Part shown: piece after piece, positions 9,699-20,274 of the stretch
How the letters are laid out: each line of letters begins with the position of its first letter
How positions within the stretch are numbered: the first letter of the stretch is position 1
Virus record (IMG/VR): IMGVR_UViG_3300036783_000072
Span: 1-63,567 of that record
From: a virus
Lineage: Duplodnaviria > Caudoviricetes
Strand: one strand, 5' to 3'
Length of the DNA stretch: 63,567 nt
Made by a program: the position numbers and the translations under genes
The notes under the pieces: model-generated
What the model saw: the letters and a program-made list of their open reading frames with translations, nothing else
The model's database searches: none
Told to the model about the DNA's origin: nothing

Positions 9699-10055
9699 AT
9701 GGGAGCATTTTCTCAAGTTTGGAAATCAGTAACAGGTACACCGGAAGTTGATCTTAAGGATCATCGTTACCACTTAGTATCTTACTCACCAGCAGGTGAT
9801 CTTAAGGTTAAACCTACAGCAGCTGGTAAATCTGCAGTTGGTGTAGCTTACGAACCTAATCAAGTAGGACAACCTACACAAATCGTTGCTTCAGGTTTTG
9901 CTTATGTTTACTTAGGCGCTACAGTTGTTGCTGGTGATGATGCGGCTTCTGATGCAGATGGTAAAGCTGTGAAGGCTGCAGAAGGTGACAGCGTTGTAGG
10001 TACAATAGTTGTCGGCGGTAGTGCAGGTGCTATCGGTACAATCTTACTTAAGTAA
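9699..10055 (+). CDS. Capsid decoration/cement protein
   Basis: Small Gly/Ala/Val-rich protein directly before the major capsid gene. Confidence 0.6.
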   Translation: MGAFSQVWKSVTGTPEVDLKDHRYHLVSYSPAGDLKVKPTAAGKSAVGVAYEPNQVGQPTQIVASGFAYVYLGATVVAGDDAASDADGKAVKAAEGDSVVGTIVVGGSAGAIGTILLK

Positions 10056-10115
10056 TAATTAAAGGCCTTCGAGCCAAGAAAAAAAAAACTTTAAATCCAG
10101 AGGAGCTGAATTACG

Positions 10116-11096
10116 TTGCCAACACGCCAACAAATTCATATTGATAGAGCACTGACAAACATTTCGGTAGCATACATGCAAGACGAAAACCGTTTCATCG
10201 CGGACAAAGTATTCCCGATTATTCCGGTACAAAAGCAATCAGATACTTACTTCATCTACAAACGTGAAGATTTCTTCCGTGATGACGCCCAAGAACGCGC
10301 AAAAGGTACTGAATCAGCTGGTGGCGATTACGACATCGAGCAAGCACCGCCTTACTTCGCACGTAAGCAAGCTTTCCATACTGACGTGACTGAAGAAGAC
10401 CGTGTAAATGCTGATGATCCATTACGCCCTAACCAAGATGCTTCTGAGTTTGTATCACACAAGTTATTACTTCGTCGTGAAAACTTATGGGCTCGTAAAT
10501 TCTTCCAAGCAGGTGTTTGGAATACTGAAATTACAGGTATCGCTTCAGGTACACCAACCGATACACAAATCGTTCAATTCGATAACCAAGCTTCAACACC
10601 TATCGAATCAATGAACTTGATGAGTGTTAAAATGGTTGAATTAACAGGATACAAACCAAACACATTGGTGTTCTCACCTTACGTGTTTAACGCTCTTAAG
10701 AACCACCCTGATATCTTAGACCGTATTAAATACACACAAAAAGGTATTGTAACGGCTGATCTATTAGCAACACTATTCGAAGTAGATCAAATCTTAGTAC
10801 CTTGGGCAATTCAAAATACACAAGCAAAAGGTGTGGATGGTGAATATGAATTCATCATGGGTAAACATGCATTACTTTGCTACGTTGAGAAAAATCCAGG
10901 TCTTAAGAAGCCTTCAGCAGGTTACACATTCGCTTGGACAGGCCTTAAAGGTGCAGGTGCTTACGGTAACCGCGTAGTTCGTATTCCAATGCCTTGGTTA
11001 GGAATGGATACAGAGCGTATTGAAGGAGAAATGGCATTCGACCACCAAGTCGTAGGAGCTGACCTTGGTATCTTCTTGAAAGACATCGTTAAGTAA
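10116..11096 (+). CDS. Major capsid protein
   Basis: LTNISVAY..FIADKVFP, KPN.LV, LKNHP motifs of capsid-E-like proteins; TTG start. Confidence 0.9.
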   Translation: MPTRQQIHIDRALTNISVAYMQDENRFIADKVFPIIPVQKQSDTYFIYKREDFFRDDAQERAKGTESAGGDYDIEQAPPYFARKQAFHTDVTEEDRVNADDPLRPNQDASEFVSHKLLLRRENLWARKFFQAGVWNTEITGIASGTPTDTQIVQFDNQASTPIESMNLMSVKMVELTGYKPNTLVFSPYVFNALKNHPDILDRIKYTQKGIVTADLLATLFEVDQILVPWAIQNTQAKGVDGEYEFIMGKHALLCYVEKNPGLKKPSAGYTFAWTGLKGAGAYGNRVVRIPMPWLGMDTERIEGEMAFDHQVVGADLGIFLKDIVK

Positions 11097-11458
11097 TGTC
11101 AGAACAGTTATACGTAGTTCGTAATGCATTCAAAGCGAGCGGCGTGCTTTATCCAGCAGGTCTTCTTCTAACTGAAGAGGACCTACACGGGATAAAGTTA
11201 TTTAAGATCCGCTTGAATGAAGGAACAGTTCGCCCCGTTCCTACGACGGAGCAAGAACTTGACTCATTATGTAACTATTTTAGTTCAAGAACAAATCTTG
11301 ATCTTAAACAGCAACTAGTTGACTATAGGGAGAAAATCGTCGCGGCCACCCAAGTAGCTACGCCTCCGGCGCCAGACAACCCCACCCCTGGTACGAACGT
11401 TGTGAAACCTTTGTCACAGACAAAAGTTGCCAAAACTACAACTACTGTTAAGAAGTAG
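11096..11458 (+). CDS. Hypothetical head-associated protein
   Basis: Translationally coupled to the capsid gene. Confidence 0.55.
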   Translation: MSEQLYVVRNAFKASGVLYPAGLLLTEEDLHGIKLFKIRLNEGTVRPVPTTEQELDSLCNYFSSRTNLDLKQQLVDYREKIVAATQVATPPAPDNPTPGTNVVKPLSQTKVAKTTTTVKK

Positions 11459-11466
11459 GTGATTAA

Positions 11467-11868
11467 ATGACCTGGACATATAGCGGCGATCCAAGTTCTT
11501 CGGATCTAGACAAGGTAAGATTCTTAGTTGGCGACACGGACGAAGCATTACCTTTAATGCAAGATGAGGAGATAAACTTCCTGATTAAAACTAAGGGTTC
11601 TGCTGATGGAGCTATCCAGAATGTTTTGCTAAGCATCATCGCCGTACTAGCACGAGAAGTCGATTATGTCATTGGACCAGAAAGTGTGAAAGCAAGTCAA
11701 AGGTTAGCAAATTATCGACAGTTGCTAAATGATATGAAAGACTTGCAATTAGGGACGAATGCCGCGCCATCTTGGCAACCGCCAAAAGAACCGCCAGGAA
11801 GACCTTTATTCGATATTGGAATGCATGACTTCTTCCATAACGATAAGGGGGATGGTTTAGGTGGATAA
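11467..11868 (+). CDS. Head-tail adaptor
   Basis: WTYSGDP..DKVRFLVGDTD..DEEI motif; synteny. Confidence 0.75.
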   Translation: MTWTYSGDPSSSDLDKVRFLVGDTDEALPLMQDEEINFLIKTKGSADGAIQNVLLSIIAVLAREVDYVIGPESVKASQRLANYRQLLNDMKDLQLGTNAAPSWQPPKEPPGRPLFDIGMHDFFHNDKGDGLGG

Positions 11869-12172
11869 GTACCTATTAAAACGATTAACACATAAGTGTG
11901 AACACATGATTAGTAATGAGCGTGATGGGTATGGTGATATAACGTTTGAAGACCCTGTTCTACACAAGTGTTATCGGTATGGGAAAGTCCAACAAGTGGT
12001 AAGTTTGAAGGGTGAACAAACTACTTCGAGTTTACAGTTACTTGTAGATGGTATCCTTCCTATTAAAGCAGATGACCAGTTTATCTTTGGGGGTCATATT
12101 TATCCTGTAAAAGCTTTTGCTCATTTTGATGGGCTTCAAGAGGGTACAGGAACAACGGTGGTGTATTTATAA
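11861..12172 (+). CDS. Head closure protein
   Basis: Synteny, DGYG motif, size. Confidence 0.6.
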   Translation: MDKYLLKRLTHKCEHMISNERDGYGDITFEDPVLHKCYRYGKVQQVVSLKGEQTTSSLQLLVDGILPIKADDQFIFGGHIYPVKAFAHFDGLQEGTGTTVVYL

Positions 12173-12597
12173 TGGCAAGAGGCGGAAATGCAACCCTTAC
12201 GCTAGATACACGAAAGTTTGAAAGAATGCTTGAAGTGGCTTTAGCTAAAGTCGATAGAGGAACTAAGAAAGCCACACAAGCTGCCTGTGAAGACATATCC
12301 AGAATGGTTATGCAACAAGTACCAAGAGATACCAATGCCCTAGCAAATAGCTTCTTCTTTGAGGTTAATGGTAGCTATAAGAACTTTACAGCTACATTAG
12401 GTTTTGGTGGTGATCATGCCGTTGTAAATCCTAAATCCGGAGAATCAACCGAAGAGTACATGATCAGGATGCACGAAGATCTTGAGGTTATTCACCCTGT
12501 AGGAAAAGCTAAGTTCTTAGAGGACCCTGTGCGGGAATACCAAGCACAGTTCGCACCTCGAGCGGCTGCTTTCATCCGAAGAGAATTGGGGGGATAA
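12172..12597 (+). CDS. HK97 gp10-like neck protein
   Basis: VPRDTNALANS, HE, KAKFLEDP motifs. Confidence 0.7.
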   Translation: MARGGNATLTLDTRKFERMLEVALAKVDRGTKKATQAACEDISRMVMQQVPRDTNALANSFFFEVNGSYKNFTATLGFGGDHAVVNPKSGESTEEYMIRMHEDLEVIHPVGKAKFLEDPVREYQAQFAPRAAAFIRRELGG

Positions 12598-12599
12598 CA

Positions 12600-12983
12600 A
12601 TGGCAGATTTGTTGGAGGATATTGACAAATATTTAGGGCAAATGACACTTACTAAAGGGCAGAAGGTTTATTACGACACAATGCTTCAAGCTGGTGATGA
12701 TGCAATAGGTATTTATGAGTATCAAGGTACTGTGCCTTTGCCTCAAGTGAGCGGGGCTTCTAGATCGATTCAGATAGTAACGAGATCTAAGAGCGTCCTT
12801 GTGGCAAAAAAGTTGGCCAATGCAATATACAAGTCCCTTCTGACAGAAGATGGAGTACTCAATCTTACCGCTGAACGTTGGGCACTCGTTATTCCGAGAC
12901 AGACGCCTTTTAAACTAAAGACGGATGACTCAGGAAGAACATATTATGCTTTTAACGTAGTAATAACTACGTACATTGATTAG
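12600..12983 (+). CDS. Tail terminator/completion protein
   Basis: Directly before the major tail gene; DDSGR..FN motif. Confidence 0.65.
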   Translation: MADLLEDIDKYLGQMTLTKGQKVYYDTMLQAGDDAIGIYEYQGTVPLPQVSGASRSIQIVTRSKSVLVAKKLANAIYKSLLTEDGVLNLTAERWALVIPRQTPFKLKTDDSGRTYYAFNVVITTYID

Positions 12984-12994
12984 GAGGTTATATC

Positions 12995-13612
12995 ATGGAA
13001 GGACAAGGTACAGGTGGTAAAGGGGTAGCGATTGGTTTACGTCAATTGACTTTCTGTTTATTATTAACAGACCCAGAAGAAGGTAAAGGCAAAGCAACCT
13101 ATGGTGAACCTCACCGTATTCCAGGTGCCATCACTGCCGGGATTAACCCGAATGCTTCAACAGAAACATTATTTGCAGATGATGGTCCCTATGAAACAGC
13201 AACTACAATTGGTCAGATCGCGTTAGAACTTAACGTGGTAGATCTTCCACTAGAGATTCAAGCATTAATCTATGGTCATACTATTGATGAACGTGGTATC
13301 ATGCGCCGTAAGGCAGGAGACGTACCTCCATGGTTAGCTGTTGGTTTCAAATCGTTAAAATCGAACGGTAGTTACCGATACACATGGTTGGCAAAAGGTA
13401 AGTTCGCCTTACCTGAACAGAACAACGAAACACGTGGTGACTCAATCAACTTCCAAACACCAACAACATCAGGATCATTCGTTAAGCGTGAATGTGATGA
13501 TGAGTGGGAAAGCCATGCTGATGAAGACTCGAAGTCATTCACTAAGGAAGTAGCAACTAACTGGTTTAATGGACCATATGCTGAAGCTGTTTCAGGTGGT
13601 AGTGGCGGCTGA
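12995..13612 (+). CDS. Major tail tube protein (phi13-like)
   Basis: IGL, LFADDG, AVGF, WL.KGKF, ETRGDSINFQT motifs. Confidence 0.9.
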   Translation: MEGQGTGGKGVAIGLRQLTFCLLLTDPEEGKGKATYGEPHRIPGAITAGINPNASTETLFADDGPYETATTIGQIALELNVVDLPLEIQALIYGHTIDERGIMRRKAGDVPPWLAVGFKSLKSNGSYRYTWLAKGKFALPEQNNETRGDSINFQTPTTSGSFVKRECDDEWESHADEDSKSFTKEVATNWFNGPYAEAVSGGSGG

Positions 13613-13694
13613 GCACAACGTAGTTTTGTAGTAAATTTAGAACGCATTAGATCAAAGGTCTAATGCGTTTATTAAATCAATCGGAGGAGATAAA

Positions 13695-14141
13695 ATGAAC
13701 ATACAGGATATCAAACAACACATGGAACCAGTAACAATGGAATTAGGTAATAAAGAAAGAACATTCCAGTTTGACATGAATGCATTTGCAGAGTTAGAGA
13801 AACGCTTTGGTACAATCGATGCTGCAATGGACCGCTTGATGTCAGGTAAGATCGGCGATGTACGAACTATTTTATGGGCTGCTTTAATCCACGAAGAGAT
13901 TGCTGAAATGGATGATGTAACAGGAGAGCCAATTAAATATAACATTACACCATTCAACATTGGCCAATGGGTTAAAACACCTGCGATGATGCAAGAGGCA
14001 AGTAAAAAACTTGCGGCTGCGATGGGTAATGATATGCCAGCACCTGAAAATCTTCCCGAGGAAGTAAAAGCACAGATGCTTGCAAAGGGTATTGATGCGG
14101 ATGCACTTGGAACAGAAACAAAAAACGCTCCTACGGCATAG
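13695..14141 (+). CDS. Tail assembly chaperone (G-like)
   Basis: FDMNAFAELE motif; between major tail and tape measure genes; slippery heptamer at 14120-14126. Confidence 0.8.
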   Translation: MNIQDIKQHMEPVTMELGNKERTFQFDMNAFAELEKRFGTIDAAMDRLMSGKIGDVRTILWAALIHEEIAEMDDVTGEPIKYNITPFNIGQWVKTPAMMQEASKKLAAAMGNDMPAPENLPEEVKAQMLAKGIDADALGTETKNAPTA

Positions 14142-14365
14142 ATGATGAGGAAGACGAACCTATGCCGTCATCTGATGGTTGGGATTGGCCTTTTCTACTT
14201 TACACGGCAACAGTAATCTTGCATCGTTCTGAGAAGCAATTCTGGAGAATGACGCCAAGAAAGCTTAATGCCTTGTCGAGAATTTATTCGCGAATTAACG
14301 ATCCGGAAGAGCAGAAGAAAGCAAAAGCAGCCCCTAAAACGGGATTCATCGATCAGGTCTTTTGA
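14120..14365 (+). CDS. Tail assembly chaperone -1 frameshift extension (GT-like)
   Basis: A AAA AAC at 14120-14126; -1 frame is open (RSYGIDDEEDEP) into ORF 14162..14365 carrying FWRMTP. Confidence 0.8.
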   Translation, partial: KKRSYGIDDEEDEPMPSSDGWDWPFLLYTATVILHRSEKQFWRMTPRKLNALSRIYSRINDPEEQKKAKAAPKTGFIDQVF

Positions 14366-14383
14366 GGAAGGAGGTTAAGCTAA

Positions 14384-17300
14384 ATGGGATTTAACGCAGG
14401 TGATTTAACAGCCAGCCTTAACTTGAACTTTCAGAACTTCACTCGAGGAATGAGAGATGCTGCTCGGCAAGCTCGTGAGATGGGTTCACAATTCAGATCC
14501 GCTTTCGAGCAAGCCGGTCGAGCTGCTGACGGGACAACTGCAGCAGTACAGAGAACAGGGAATCAAATGAAAGACCTAGAACGTATTGTGAGTGGTATCT
14601 TACTTTCACAAGCGTTCTATGCTTCTGTATCAGCGATCGGAGCAGCGTCAAGTGCTGTAGTTGAATTCACCAATAATATGGAAAAGGCTCAGATATCCCT
14701 AGAGTACTTTTTAGGTAGTGCTGAGCAAGCACGCGGATTCATGGCAAACATGAAAGACTTTGCCGCAACTACTGCCTTTAGTACGGAACAGGCATTAACT
14801 CTATCAAGACGGTTAATGGCTGCTCAGTTCGATCCTAAGCAAGTTAGGGGCGTCATGGAAATTCTTAATGATGCATCTGCTGCTTCAGGCGGTACTGCAG
14901 AACAAATGGATCGTATCGTTTTAGCCCTATCACAAATCAAGACTAACGGTAAGGTTGCTGGTCAAGAGTTAAGACAGTTGGCCGAGGCTGGTATTCCTAT
15001 TTACAAGCTATTGCAAGAAGAATTAGGCTTGACAGGTAAGGAGATCATGAACATTGGTGATCTGCAGATAGAAGGCGATCTGGGAGTTGCTGCCGTATTA
15101 AATGGCTTAGAAAAACGATACAAGGGAGCCGCTGAAAGAATTGCTGATACCATTCCGGGGATGATGGAAACCATCCGAGACAATAGTTTGTTTATTGCTT
15201 CCGAGATGATCCAAACCCCTTATAAGGCAATGGAAGAGATGTTAACTCGATGGCGGGATACCATAGAAAAAGCTCGAATCGCAATGACCTCATCCGGTCT
15301 TGGGGGAGCTATGGAAGCAATATTCCCACCAGAAGTACATGAATCCATTAGATTAATAACAGGCAGTGTTATGTCCCTAGCCCAGAGCTTCGGAATGATA
15401 CATAAAGCCTTTATGCCGGTGTATCAAATAATTGCGACCACCCTAACACAAACACTGGGAGCTGTTATCCCAGTAATTGCTGCCGTAGTAAGGCAGATAG
15501 CCAACTTGATAACCGTAGCCATGCAAGTCGCTCCACCATTGAAATATCTCGCAGCGGCAATCCTAGGATTGATGGTTGCTAACGTAGCCTCTAAGGCCTT
15601 ATTATTCCTTTGGAGTGTTACGAGAATGGGAGCTATATGTGCTGCAATAGCACAAGCCGTTACATTACTACGGAAGTCAATACAGGCTTTATTCTTAGTA
15701 ATGACACGTAACCCATTAGTTGCTGCTATTATGATTATCGCAGGGGCCTTACTTTACCTCGCAGCATCGTCCAAAACAGTATCTGCTTGGCTTGACCAGG
15801 TAATGGCTAGACTAGCTTCTCTCGGAGGTTTCGACCTTGGGAAGATATTAGAACCAAAAGATACGGGAATGGATAAATGGTCTGATGCCTTCAACGATAT
15901 GGTTGATGGTATTGGGGAAAATTTATCCGACCAATTGGACGATACGGAAGACAAAGGAAAAGAAACTGCCAAGAAAATGAAAAAGAACTTCATTGCGGCA
16001 TTCGATGAAGTCTTTGCAATGCCTGAGAATAATGATCCAAAGAAAGACGAATTACCTAAAATGCCAGGTTTGGGTGAATTAGGTAACTTAGGAGGTCTTG
16101 ACGATCTAATCACCGACAAGATGCCTAAGAAGATTAAGTTACCTGACTTTGAATGGCCTGAAATTAAATGGCCGATGGTTCCTCCAGCATTAACAAGGCC
16201 AATCAATATTAAATTCAAGATCGATATGCCGAAATGGCCTGATCCGGGTGCTTTCTTAGAGCCGGTATTGAAACCATTCGAGGCACTTCAACTGAAAATC
16301 AAAACGATTCTCGAAGGTTTGCTTCGCGACGTTAAAGGATTCGCAGTAGAGATGCCAAAGCTGTTTCCTGTGGCTTTCCCAGTAGGTGTGTTCGATGGGA
16401 TTTTAGCTGATGTAAAAGGTTGGACTGGTAATCTTGTTGGTGAACTTGCAGGATTAAAAGGTAAAATATCGGTACCATTAGCTGGAGTATGGGATGGATT
16501 AACTTTAGGATTGCCAAAAGCTTTAGGCTTAGGTCTTGGCGGTATCAAAGAGTGGTCAATCGATATCCTACAGGAGCTCGGAAAGCTTAAAGTAGGTATC
16601 GGAAGTTCCTTAAACGGTGCTTGGGATGGGTTAACCATTGGCCTCCCTGCTGTAGGAGCTCTCGTACTTGAAGGAATCAAAGAGTGGTCCGGTAACGCTG
16701 TTAACGAAATGGCCGCCTTCAAAGATAGAATCATCGAAGGAATACAAGGAGCTGCTGCTGGTGCTGCTACTGCGATGGCTGCCTTAGTTGTAGATGTAGT
16801 AGCCAAGGTTGCTGATTGGGGCCCTGCGATATCTACGGCCTTCACTACGGTCATGGCTGCCGCTAAGGTTGCCTGGGATGCCGGCTGGGGCGCAATAACG
16901 GATATCATGGGAATCATTGGTGATAAACTAGGAACAGCTATTTCAGCTGTAGGGACTTTTATTCAGGATCACTGGAAAGAAATCCTAGTTGCTATCGGTA
17001 TAGCGTTAGCTGCCGTAGCCGCCGTTATACTTATACCATTCGAAGCTGTTGGAGCCGGTGTTGCTGCTGCTGCCGGAGCTGCTACACTCACAGCGAAAGC
17101 TATAGCAACTGTTCTTGCCGGAATTGGATTAACTATTGCTGCTTGGGCTACTAAGAACAAAGATGCGATAGTAGAATGGGGTAAAGAGACGTGGGGGTCC
17201 TTATCAACATGGGCAACCGATACGTGGAAGATCTTTACTGACTGGGCTAGTGATGTTGGTGGATCTGTTCTTACGTGGGTAACTGACACTGCCTTATCGA

Positions 17301-18100
17301 TCCGTGATTTCGGGTCTACTGTTAAGACCACATTCTCTGCTATGTGGGAAGTCGCTAAGAAACATACGAAAGATGCATTCGTGAATATGTTCAAGAACAT
17401 AGTGGACTCTGTTGCTTCTATAGGTACTTCAATTTCAGGCCTAAAGAATACAGTCGTTCGATTGTTCAAAGAGTGGACTTCTGAGGCTTGGAGTAAGACG
17501 AAGACATTCGTGTCTGTCGTTATTGCTTCTATCGCAACGATGCCAGGGAAGTTTGCGACTGCTATCGCGACGATACCAGGCAAATTTGTCGATGTCATGA
17601 AACAGCTTCCAGGTAAGGCTACTAGTGCTGTGACAGACATTATCAAACCATTCACTTCACTCCCAGGTAAGATATGGGATGCAATTAAATCAATACCCGA
17701 TAAGTTTGCTCAGGTATTCAGTAAGATTAAAATACCTTCACTTGGTGGTATTGGTGATTCTGTTATGTCTGGACTTAAGAGTGTTGGTAGTGGTATTGGT
17801 AACATTGCTGGCTTTGCTGGTGGTGGTGTCATTGACCAAGATTCGATCGTACGTGTTGGTGAGAAAGGTCGTAAGGAAGCAATCGTTCCTATGGAGAATC
17901 CAACAGCATTGAAACCATTCGTTGATGCTATCGTTGCTGCATTACCTCAACAACAAGCACCAAGCAATGGTGGTGGCTCAGATAAACAACCAATTTATGT
18001 AGGTACTCTTATAGCTGATGACCGTTCATTGAAAGACTTAGAACGCCGAATGAACGTAATCAGAATGAACGAGAACCGCAGAGGGGGTCTTCCGCAATGA
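14384..18100 (+). CDS. Tape measure protein
   Basis: 1238 aa; FAATTAF and GIPIY blocks, periodic Trp/Phe repeats, C-terminal FAGGG..VGEKG.EAIVP. Confidence 0.95.
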   Translation: MGFNAGDLTASLNLNFQNFTRGMRDAARQAREMGSQFRSAFEQAGRAADGTTAAVQRTGNQMKDLERIVSGILLSQAFYASVSAIGAASSAVVEFTNNMEKAQISLEYFLGSAEQARGFMANMKDFAATTAFSTEQALTLSRRLMAAQFDPKQVRGVMEILNDASAASGGTAEQMDRIVLALSQIKTNGKVAGQELRQLAEAGIPIYKLLQEELGLTGKEIMNIGDLQIEGDLGVAAVLNGLEKRYKGAAERIADTIPGMMETIRDNSLFIASEMIQTPYKAMEEMLTRWRDTIEKARIAMTSSGLGGAMEAIFPPEVHESIRLITGSVMSLAQSFGMIHKAFMPVYQIIATTLTQTLGAVIPVIAAVVRQIANLITVAMQVAPPLKYLAAAILGLMVANVASKALLFLWSVTRMGAICAAIAQAVTLLRKSIQALFLVMTRNPLVAAIMIIAGALLYLAASSKTVSAWLDQVMARLASLGGFDLGKILEPKDTGMDKWSDAFNDMVDGIGENLSDQLDDTEDKGKETAKKMKKNFIAAFDEVFAMPENNDPKKDELPKMPGLGELGNLGGLDDLITDKMPKKIKLPDFEWPEIKWPMVPPALTRPINIKFKIDMPKWPDPGAFLEPVLKPFEALQLKIKTILEGLLRDVKGFAVEMPKLFPVAFPVGVFDGILADVKGWTGNLVGELAGLKGKISVPLAGVWDGLTLGLPKALGLGLGGIKEWSIDILQELGKLKVGIGSSLNGAWDGLTIGLPAVGALVLEGIKEWSGNAVNEMAAFKDRIIEGIQGAAAGAATAMAALVVDVVAKVADWGPAISTAFTTVMAAAKVAWDAGWGAITDIMGIIGDKLGTAISAVGTFIQDHWKEILVAIGIALAAVAAVILIPFEAVGAGVAAAAGAATLTAKAIATVLAGIGLTIAAWATKNKDAIVEWGKETWGSLSTWATDTWKIFTDWASDVGGSVLTWVTDTALSIRDFGSTVKTTFSAMWEVAKKHTKDAFVNMFKNIVDSVASIGTSISGLKNTVVRLFKEWTSEAWSKTKTFVSVVIASIATMPGKFATAIATIPGKFVDVMKQLPGKATSAVTDIIKPFTSLPGKIWDAIKSIPDKFAQVFSKIKIPSLGGIGDSVMSGLKSVGSGIGNIAGFAGGGVIDQDSIVRVGEKGRKEAIVPMENPTALKPFVDAIVAALPQQQAPSNGGGSDKQPIYVGTLIADDRSLKDLERRMNVIRMNENRRGGLPQ

Positions 18101-18459
18101 GTATGATTTTAAGGATCAATGGGGTTGATATCAAAAACCCCTCTGATCTTTCTTATTCGAGATACAATATCACAAAAGCTGGTCGTGTTGCTTCCGGTGA
18201 TATGAAATTGGATCTTGTAGCGAAGAAACGTAAGTTGTTCTTCACTTATGAAGTAATAAAAGGAAAAGACATGGAACATATCTTGAGTTTAATAGATACC
18301 GACGAATTGTTCTTCACGGTGACTTACGAAGAGAACAACGTAATAAAACAAGCTGTAATGTATGTCGGCGAGATTAGCCAAGATAGATTCCGCACGAGAG
18401 ATTCAACTACCAAGCAATGGTACTGGAAGAACTTTACATTCAATTTAATAGAACAGTGA
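18097..18459 (+). CDS. Distal tail (Dit-like) protein
   Basis: Follows tape measure; AGR.ASG and FNLIEQ motifs. Confidence 0.65.
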   Translation: MSMILRINGVDIKNPSDLSYSRYNITKAGRVASGDMKLDLVAKKRKLFFTYEVIKGKDMEHILSLIDTDELFFTVTYEENNVIKQAVMYVGEISQDRFRTRDSTTKQWYWKNFTFNLIEQ

Positions 18460-18471
18460 GGTGATGGTCCT

Positions 18472-20274
18472 ATGATAGAAACAAGTGAAGCTTTTGCTAG
18501 AAAGATTGAGGCTTCAGTCCGTAGAAGTAGGGCTATCGTCCTACTGGACTTTCTACCTGACGTAATACATAAACCTAGTATTACAACTACTTCAGAAAAA
18601 GAAGGTTATCCGGTGGGAGGCCTTTTGCAAGGACGATTAAGTTTAGATGAATCCAATTCAGTTGGGGAATATATCCCCGCAAGTAATAGAGGTACTTTTA
18701 ATGGTTGGCGAAGTGCTGAATCATCTAACCCATTAGCTCAATTTGACACTCCTCCAGTAATCGAAATAACCTACGAAGAGGAGATTGAATCAAAACATGT
18801 TTGGCTTGTAAGTTCTGCCCTTGAATATCTGGTAGACTTCAAGGTTACTATTACCTCAGAAGTAGGAGAGGCAATAGTATTAGATGTAACAGATAACCAA
18901 CAAGCTATTTGGTCTCATGTTTCTGTAGAAGCTATGAAGATCAAAACAATTAGGTTAGAAGTACTGAAAAACAATATTGAGGGAAAAGATGCATTAATCA
19001 TTAACTTCGGTGCTGTTAAGGAGTTAGTGTTAACCGACGCTGAACTTGTAGATTATGATGTACTGGAAGAGGTTACTTATAATGAAGCATTACCTTATGG
19101 TGGTGTTAGTTCGAATGAATACACCTTTGCAGTAGACAATCTTTCATATATGTTTACACCCGCTAATGACAAAGGACCATTATTTGGGCTCCTCGCACCA
19201 GGTGTGGGTGTTAAAAGCTTTTATGGCTTAGAGATAGAACCTGAAGTATTTGAATATGTTCCTTTAGGCGTTTATTTCGTATCTGAATGGAATGCTCCGA
19301 GTCAGGGAGTTCAAGCAACTATAACTTCTTATGACCTACTGTTTGACTTGCAGGAAGAAAGTGTTCCTATGTTACGCATGCAAGAGAACACGACAATAGC
19401 AGAGCTACTACTTGCCTTGTTCGAAGGTTTAGGACTTGCAAGAGAGCAGTACGAAGTGGATAGCAATATCAATGATAGAATTCCATATGGCTTCATACCT
19501 GAAGGTAATGTAGGTGCCGCCTTAGCACCCCTATGTGAAGCTGGGATCTGTCGAGTGTGTGTCAATCGTTTCGGGGTAGTAAGAGCTACAAGAGGGATTC
19601 CTACAAAAGAGGCAGTGCTTACCTGGGATGACGTCAACCAAGTAATGGAGATTGAGAACCCTGAGAAGTTTAACGCTATCTACGGGAAAGTTACGGTAGC
19701 CGTTAATATCCCAAGTTTACGAAGAACATCGGACTTAGCTACTATCAATGAGATAGAGGTTAACAGTGGTGATACATTCTTCGAAAGAGCTTCTTATTCT
19801 AAGGCACCTGTACTATCGATAGATTCAGTATCTGTCCGAGGGGGTACAGGAACAAGAACGAAGGAAATTGCATACGGAACAAACAATATAGATATTACCT
19901 TGGAAAATGGCTCTAAGAAAAGTGAAACTGTTGGGGTATTTGTGCAAGGTGTTTATTGTAGTTTTGTATCGCGGGAAGTAAGTGGTTTAACTCCAGGAGC
20001 AACTTCAAAGAAAGTATTACCTATTAAGAACCAATTGATACAGACTGAGATACATGCAATGAAATTAATCCAAGCTATTGCGCCTGCCGTCGCAGATTCA
20101 TTTGCCTACTTTGAACTAGTAACTCGAGGAGATCCAAGGGTAGAAGTTGGTGACGTACTTAAGATAAAAGCGCCGTCAGCTAATATACCGGACCAATACA
20201 TTGAAGTATATCGGGCATCACATTCTTACGATGGTGCAATTGAAGGTCGGATCGTTGGAAGGAGGTTATTGTAA
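18472..20274 (+). CDS. Tail tip/baseplate hub protein
   Basis: EYVPLGVYFV and RGDPRVEVGD motifs; synteny. Confidence 0.7.
   Translation: MIETSEAFARKIEASVRRSRAIVLLDFLPDVIHKPSITTTSEKEGYPVGGLLQGRLSLDESNSVGEYIPASNRGTFNGWRSAESSNPLAQFDTPPVIEITYEEEIESKHVWLVSSALEYLVDFKVTITSEVGEAIVLDVTDNQQAIWSHVSVEAMKIKTIRLEVLKNNIEGKDALIINFGAVKELVLTDAELVDYDVLEEVTYNEALPYGGVSSNEYTFAVDNLSYMFTPANDKGPLFGLLAPGVGVKSFYGLEIEPEVFEYVPLGVYFVSEWNAPSQGVQATITSYDLLFDLQEESVPMLRMQENTTIAELLLALFEGLGLAREQYEVDSNINDRIPYGFIPEGNVGAALAPLCEAGICRVCVNRFGVVRATRGIPTKEAVLTWDDVNQVMEIENPEKFNAIYGKVTVAVNIPSLRRTSDLATINEIEVNSGDTFFERASYSKAPVLSIDSVSVRGGTGTRTKEIAYGTNNIDITLENGSKKSETVGVFVQGVYCSFVSREVSGLTPGATSKKVLPIKNQLIQTEIHAMKLIQAIAPAVADSFAYFELVTRGDPRVEVGDVLKIKAPSANIPDQYIEVYRASHSYDGAIEGRIVGRRLL

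Noticed and set aside
13610-13670. Read-through or frameshift extension of the major tail protein after its GGSGG end
   Set aside because: Read-through adds only ~17 codons and runs into a hairpin; no Ig-like domain follows.
15754-17655. Long antisense ORFs within the tape measure gene, and similar shadow ORFs elsewhere (e.g. 27890..28477, 49660..50097)
   Set aside because: They are mirror frames of well-supported genes, with no RBS or recognisable motifs.
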